Below, piece by piece: positions 46,649-49,788 of a stretch of DNA of 49,788 bases. Location of the stretch: the NCBI GenBank assembly GCA_036477295.1, contig JAZGDE010000001.1, forward strand, positions 1 to 49,788, given 5' to 3'. Source of the DNA: Bacteroidota bacterium. Lineage in GTDB: Bacteria; Bacteroidota; Ignavibacteria; UBA10030; JAZGDE01. The translations under genes were made by a program, and so were the position numbers. The notes under the pieces were generated by a model that saw nothing but the letters and a program-made list of their open reading frames with translations, did no database searches and had not been told where the DNA came from. Position 1 is the stretch's first letter, and the number at the start of each line of letters is the position of its first letter.

Positions 46649-49099
46649 TTGAAACATCGCTTGTCGAAGCGGGCAAAATTCATCATCGGGATCAGCGGAT
46701 TTTTCCTGGTGGTTCTTCTCGGAACGATCCTCTTCCTCCGTCATCTTGTAACGAAATCATTTCCCCAAGTAGAAGGAGGGCTCGTCCTTCCAGAATTGGA
46801 AGCTCCTGTCCACGTCTATCGGGATGATTACGGGGTTCCGCACATCATCGCGGAGAACGAACGCGATGCCCTCGTCGCTTCTGGCTTCGTTCACGCGCAG
46901 GATCGGATGTGGCAGATGGACATCAACCGTCGGGCGGGTGAGGGACGGCTTTCCGAAATCCTCGGAACCGGGGCATTGGCATATGACAAGCAACTTCGGA
47001 CGATCGGCTTTAAACGCATCGCGGAACGGCTGGAGAAGTCGCTTCGGCGGGATTCGTGGCAGGCCCTTCAAGCCTACGCAGACGGGGTGAATGCGTACAT
47101 CGAGAGCCATCGCGGCAAGTATCCGGTCGAGTTCGACATGCTCAACTATGAACCGGAGCAGTGGACTGTGCTCCATAGCCTCCTCATCGCTCGACTGATG
47201 GCGTGGGAACTGTGCATGGGTTGGTGGTCCGAGCTTACCTTGGGAGAACTGATGGAACGCTTCAATCTGGAAAAAGCGCTGGAGATTTTTCCTCCTTATC
47301 CCAAAGATTCACCTCGGGTGATTCCATGGCCCTCTGGCACACAGAAGTTTGCACTCGGTACTCGAGAATTCCGGTCGACGGAGCGTGCACTGAGGAAATT
47401 CTTGAACATCGATGGGTCGAACGTCGGGAGCAATGCCTGGGTGATCTCGGGAGCAAAAACTGTCTCAGGTTTTCCGCTGCTGGCAAATGATCCTCACCTG
47501 GGCCTTCCATCCCCCTCAAAATGGTATCTGCTCCACCTCAGCGGCGGTGAATTGAATGTGATGGGTGTTTCGATTCCCGGGAACCCGTACATCGTCCTCG
47601 GTCGGAATGAAAATGTTGCATGGGGCTTTACGAACCTCATGGCTGACGACGTCGATTTCTACATCGAAAAAGTTGATTCTCTCCACCCTGATCAGTACTT
47701 CTTTAACGGCAAGTGGCTGGACATGGAACTCATTTCTGAGGAAATTCTCGTGCGCGACTCTGCCTCCGTGTCGTGGACTGTCAGGCTAACGCACCACGGG
47801 CCGATCATCAACGACGTACACTCCTCTTGGTTTTATCAGGACAGCGCGACCGTAGCAAGCCATCCTCCGGTAGCGATGCGCTGGACTGGTTTCGAGACTA
47901 CGGACGAGCTCTACGCCATCTCTTTGATCAACCGGGCGCGAAGTTGGAAGGAAATCCGGAAAGCTCTGGAAAATTTCGAAGTTCCAGGCCAGAACGTCCT
48001 GTTCGCGGACCGGGAAGGGAACATCGGCTACCAGGCTGCGGTCCGGCTCCCGATACGCGGGAAACAGAACCCCACGCTCCCATTGCCGGGATGGCTTGAC
48101 GATTTCGAATGGAAAGGGTTCGTTCCGTTCCACGAGCTTCCCTTCGTGTTGAATCCCCCGAGCGGCTACGTGGCGTCGGCCAATAATAAGCCAGTCGATG
48201 AGACCTATCCTTATCACATCTCGAACCTCTGGGAGCCGCCCTCTCGCATCGTTCGCCTGGTGGATCTGCTAGAATCCGGAGGGCCGTTCTCGCTGCAGGA
48301 GGTCCAGCGGATCCAGCTCGATTATGTCTCTCCGCACGCTCGAGAGACCGTGCCGTATCTTCTGCACGCGTATGCAGGTCGAACCGTTCACGACAGCGTG
48401 CTGCAGACTGCGTTGAGTTATCTGCGGAACTGGGACTTCAATTTTCGCAAGGAGGACGTGACGACGACAATCTTCAACAAGTTCTACGTGAAGCTGTTGT
48501 GGAACACCTTCCGGGATGAGATGGGGCGAGATCTGTTCCATGATTACATTTATCTTGCCAACGTGCCCATTCGAGTGATGGCAGAAATGCTGAAGTTCGA
48601 GTGGTCCTCCTGGTATGACGACGTGACGACCGAAGAGGTAGAAACCCGGGACGTGATCCTCCGAAAAAGCCTGGAGGAGGCGTTGACGGAGTTGCAAGCG
48701 ACGTTCGGAAAGGGGCTCAAGACCTGGAGCTGGGGAGACCTTCATCGAGTGACGTTTAAACACATCCTCGGCTCACAGAAACCGCTGGACAAAATATTTA
48801 ATATTGGTCCTTTTCCCACTGGAGGGGCAGGCACAACGTTGAACAGCGGAGAGTACAATCTCAATTCGCCTTTCCAAATGACCCTCGGATCATCCTTCCG
48901 TCATATCACGGACCTGTCGGATAGTGTTTCATCGTTGATGGTCATTACGTCTGGTCAATCGGGTCAGCCGTTCCATCCACATTATGATGACTATGTCCCT
49001 CTCTGGCTGAATGGACTCTACCATCGAATGATCCTCGACGAACGAATGATTCAGGAGCAGAAGGAATGGAAGCATCTGGTTCTCCGTCCGGAAAAGTAA
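46649..49099 (+). CDS. Penicillin acylase family Ntn-hydrolase (peptidase S45), N-terminally membrane anchored
   Basis: RDDYGVPHI, GFVHAQDRMWQM, GSNAW (beta-chain Ser nucleophile), LLANDPHL and GQSGQPFHPHY motifs. Confidence 0.93.
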   Translation: MKHRLSKRAKFIIGISGFFLVVLLGTILFLRHLVTKSFPQVEGGLVLPELEAPVHVYRDDYGVPHIIAENERDALVASGFVHAQDRMWQMDINRRAGEGRLSEILGTGALAYDKQLRTIGFKRIAERLEKSLRRDSWQALQAYADGVNAYIESHRGKYPVEFDMLNYEPEQWTVLHSLLIARLMAWELCMGWWSELTLGELMERFNLEKALEIFPPYPKDSPRVIPWPSGTQKFALGTREFRSTERALRKFLNIDGSNVGSNAWVISGAKTVSGFPLLANDPHLGLPSPSKWYLLHLSGGELNVMGVSIPGNPYIVLGRNENVAWGFTNLMADDVDFYIEKVDSLHPDQYFFNGKWLDMELISEEILVRDSASVSWTVRLTHHGPIINDVHSSWFYQDSATVASHPPVAMRWTGFETTDELYAISLINRARSWKEIRKALENFEVPGQNVLFADREGNIGYQAAVRLPIRGKQNPTLPLPGWLDDFEWKGFVPFHELPFVLNPPSGYVASANNKPVDETYPYHISNLWEPPSRIVRLVDLLESGGPFSLQEVQRIQLDYVSPHARETVPYLLHAYAGRTVHDSVLQTALSYLRNWDFNFRKEDVTTTIFNKFYVKLLWNTFRDEMGRDLFHDYIYLANVPIRVMAEMLKFEWSSWYDDVTTEEVETRDVILRKSLEEALTELQATFGKGLKTWSWGDLHRVTFKHILGSQKPLDKIFNIGPFPTGGAGTTLNSGEYNLNSPFQMTLGSSFRHITDLSDSVSSLMVITSGQSGQPFHPHYDDYVPLWLNGLYHRMILDERMIQEQKEWKHLVLRPEK

Positions 49100-49101
49100 C
49101 G

Positions 49102-49788
49102 GTGTTTTCTCCAACGTTTCGCGTTCGACTGCGGGAAGCTCGCTGTGTTGTGGCTTTCACCGGCGCGGGGATGTCGGCGGAAAGTGGGGTGTCGACGTTT
49201 CGCGGCGAGGATGGGATCTGGAAGAAATTTAAGCCGGAGGAACTGGCTAATCTTGACGCGTTCATCCGCAATCCCGAGCTGGTGTGGGAGTGGTACGCGC
49301 ACCGGAAGAAAATTCTTTCGACCGTCCAGCCGAATCCGGGGCACTATGCACTGGCGGGGATGGAACTCCTTTTTCAGGAGATGCACGTTATCACACAGAA
49401 CATCGACAACCTCCATCGCCGCGCAGGCAGTCAGAGAGTGTATGAGCTCCATGGCAACGTAGAGCGGAATTACTGCATCGACTGTCGCACTCCATTCATG
49501 AATGAGCAGTTGAACGTTGAGGAGGGCGTTCCAAGGTGCGCTGGGTGTGGCGGACTGATTCGGCCTGACGTCGTGTGGTTTGGGGAGCTGCTTCCCGTCG
49601 ATGCATGGGAACGATCGGTTGAAGCCTGCGAACGTGCCGACCTGTTTTTCTGCATTGGGACATCGGGGATCGTCTATCCGGCTGCTTCGCTCCCTGGAAT
49701 TGCACGGAGGTCGGGTGCCTACGTCGTAGAAATTAACCCTGAGTACACCATGCTTTCCCATTCAGTTGACGAAACTCTCATTGGAAAA
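49102..49788 (+). CDS. cobB: NAD-dependent protein deacylase (class III sirtuin), truncated by window edge
   Basis: Not in the ORF track. From GTG at 49102 it reads FTGAGMSAESGVSTFRG, WEWYAHR (YxxR), TQNID, ELHG, CxxC...CxxC, RPDVVWFGE, GTSG and VEIN. Confidence 0.93.
   Translation, partial: MFSPTFRVRLREARCVVAFTGAGMSAESGVSTFRGEDGIWKKFKPEELANLDAFIRNPELVWEWYAHRKKILSTVQPNPGHYALAGMELLFQEMHVITQNIDNLHRRAGSQRVYELHGNVERNYCIDCRTPFMNEQLNVEEGVPRCAGCGGLIRPDVVWFGELLPVDAWERSVEACERADLFFCIGTSGIVYPAASLPGIARRSGAYVVEINPEYTMLSHSVDETLIGK

Noticed and set aside
49051-49761. 236-aa minus-strand ORF at the window end
   Set aside because: Antisense shadow of the plus-strand sirtuin gene, which is missing from the track because it lacks a stop within the window.

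Overview
Mostly core chromosome of a Gram-negative bacterium. The gene content suggests a Bacteroidota/Ignavibacteria/Chlorobi-related lineage: a split atp operon without atpD/atpC, preceded by bactofilin and atpZ/I, an MqnA-like gene, and DUF5916 and FadL-type proteins. This is inference, not a database result. Order of blocks: TPR fragment, GT9, thioredoxin-like gene, eno, PGM/PMM, DUF4921 (GalT-like), rlmD, ubiE/menG; an accessory block of about 15 kb with three DUF5916 (CBM9-like plus predicted beta-barrel) paralogs interleaved with an exported TPR-TlpA redoxin, M20 and M28 peptidases and an alpha/beta hydrolase; GT4; M23-bactofilin-atpZ/I-atpBEFHAG; ffh-rpsP-khpA-rimM-trmD-rplS-mqnA-like; recN-cysS; YjbH-like gene, low-complexity lipoprotein, FadL; penicillin acylase family gene; partial sirtuin. 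No rRNA, tRNA, CRISPR array, transposase or integrase was seen. Signals not visible in the ORF track: (1) nested CTTCG/CGAAG palindrome mosaics in several intergenic regions; (2) a candidate sRNA with an anti-Shine-Dalgarno loop; (3) a switch-like khpA leader; (4) an internally deleted duplicate of the redoxin 3' end; (5) an alpha-2-macroglobulin C-terminal fragment in frame behind the cysS stop; (6) single-base lesions in three genes. All alignments and foldings were done by eye.
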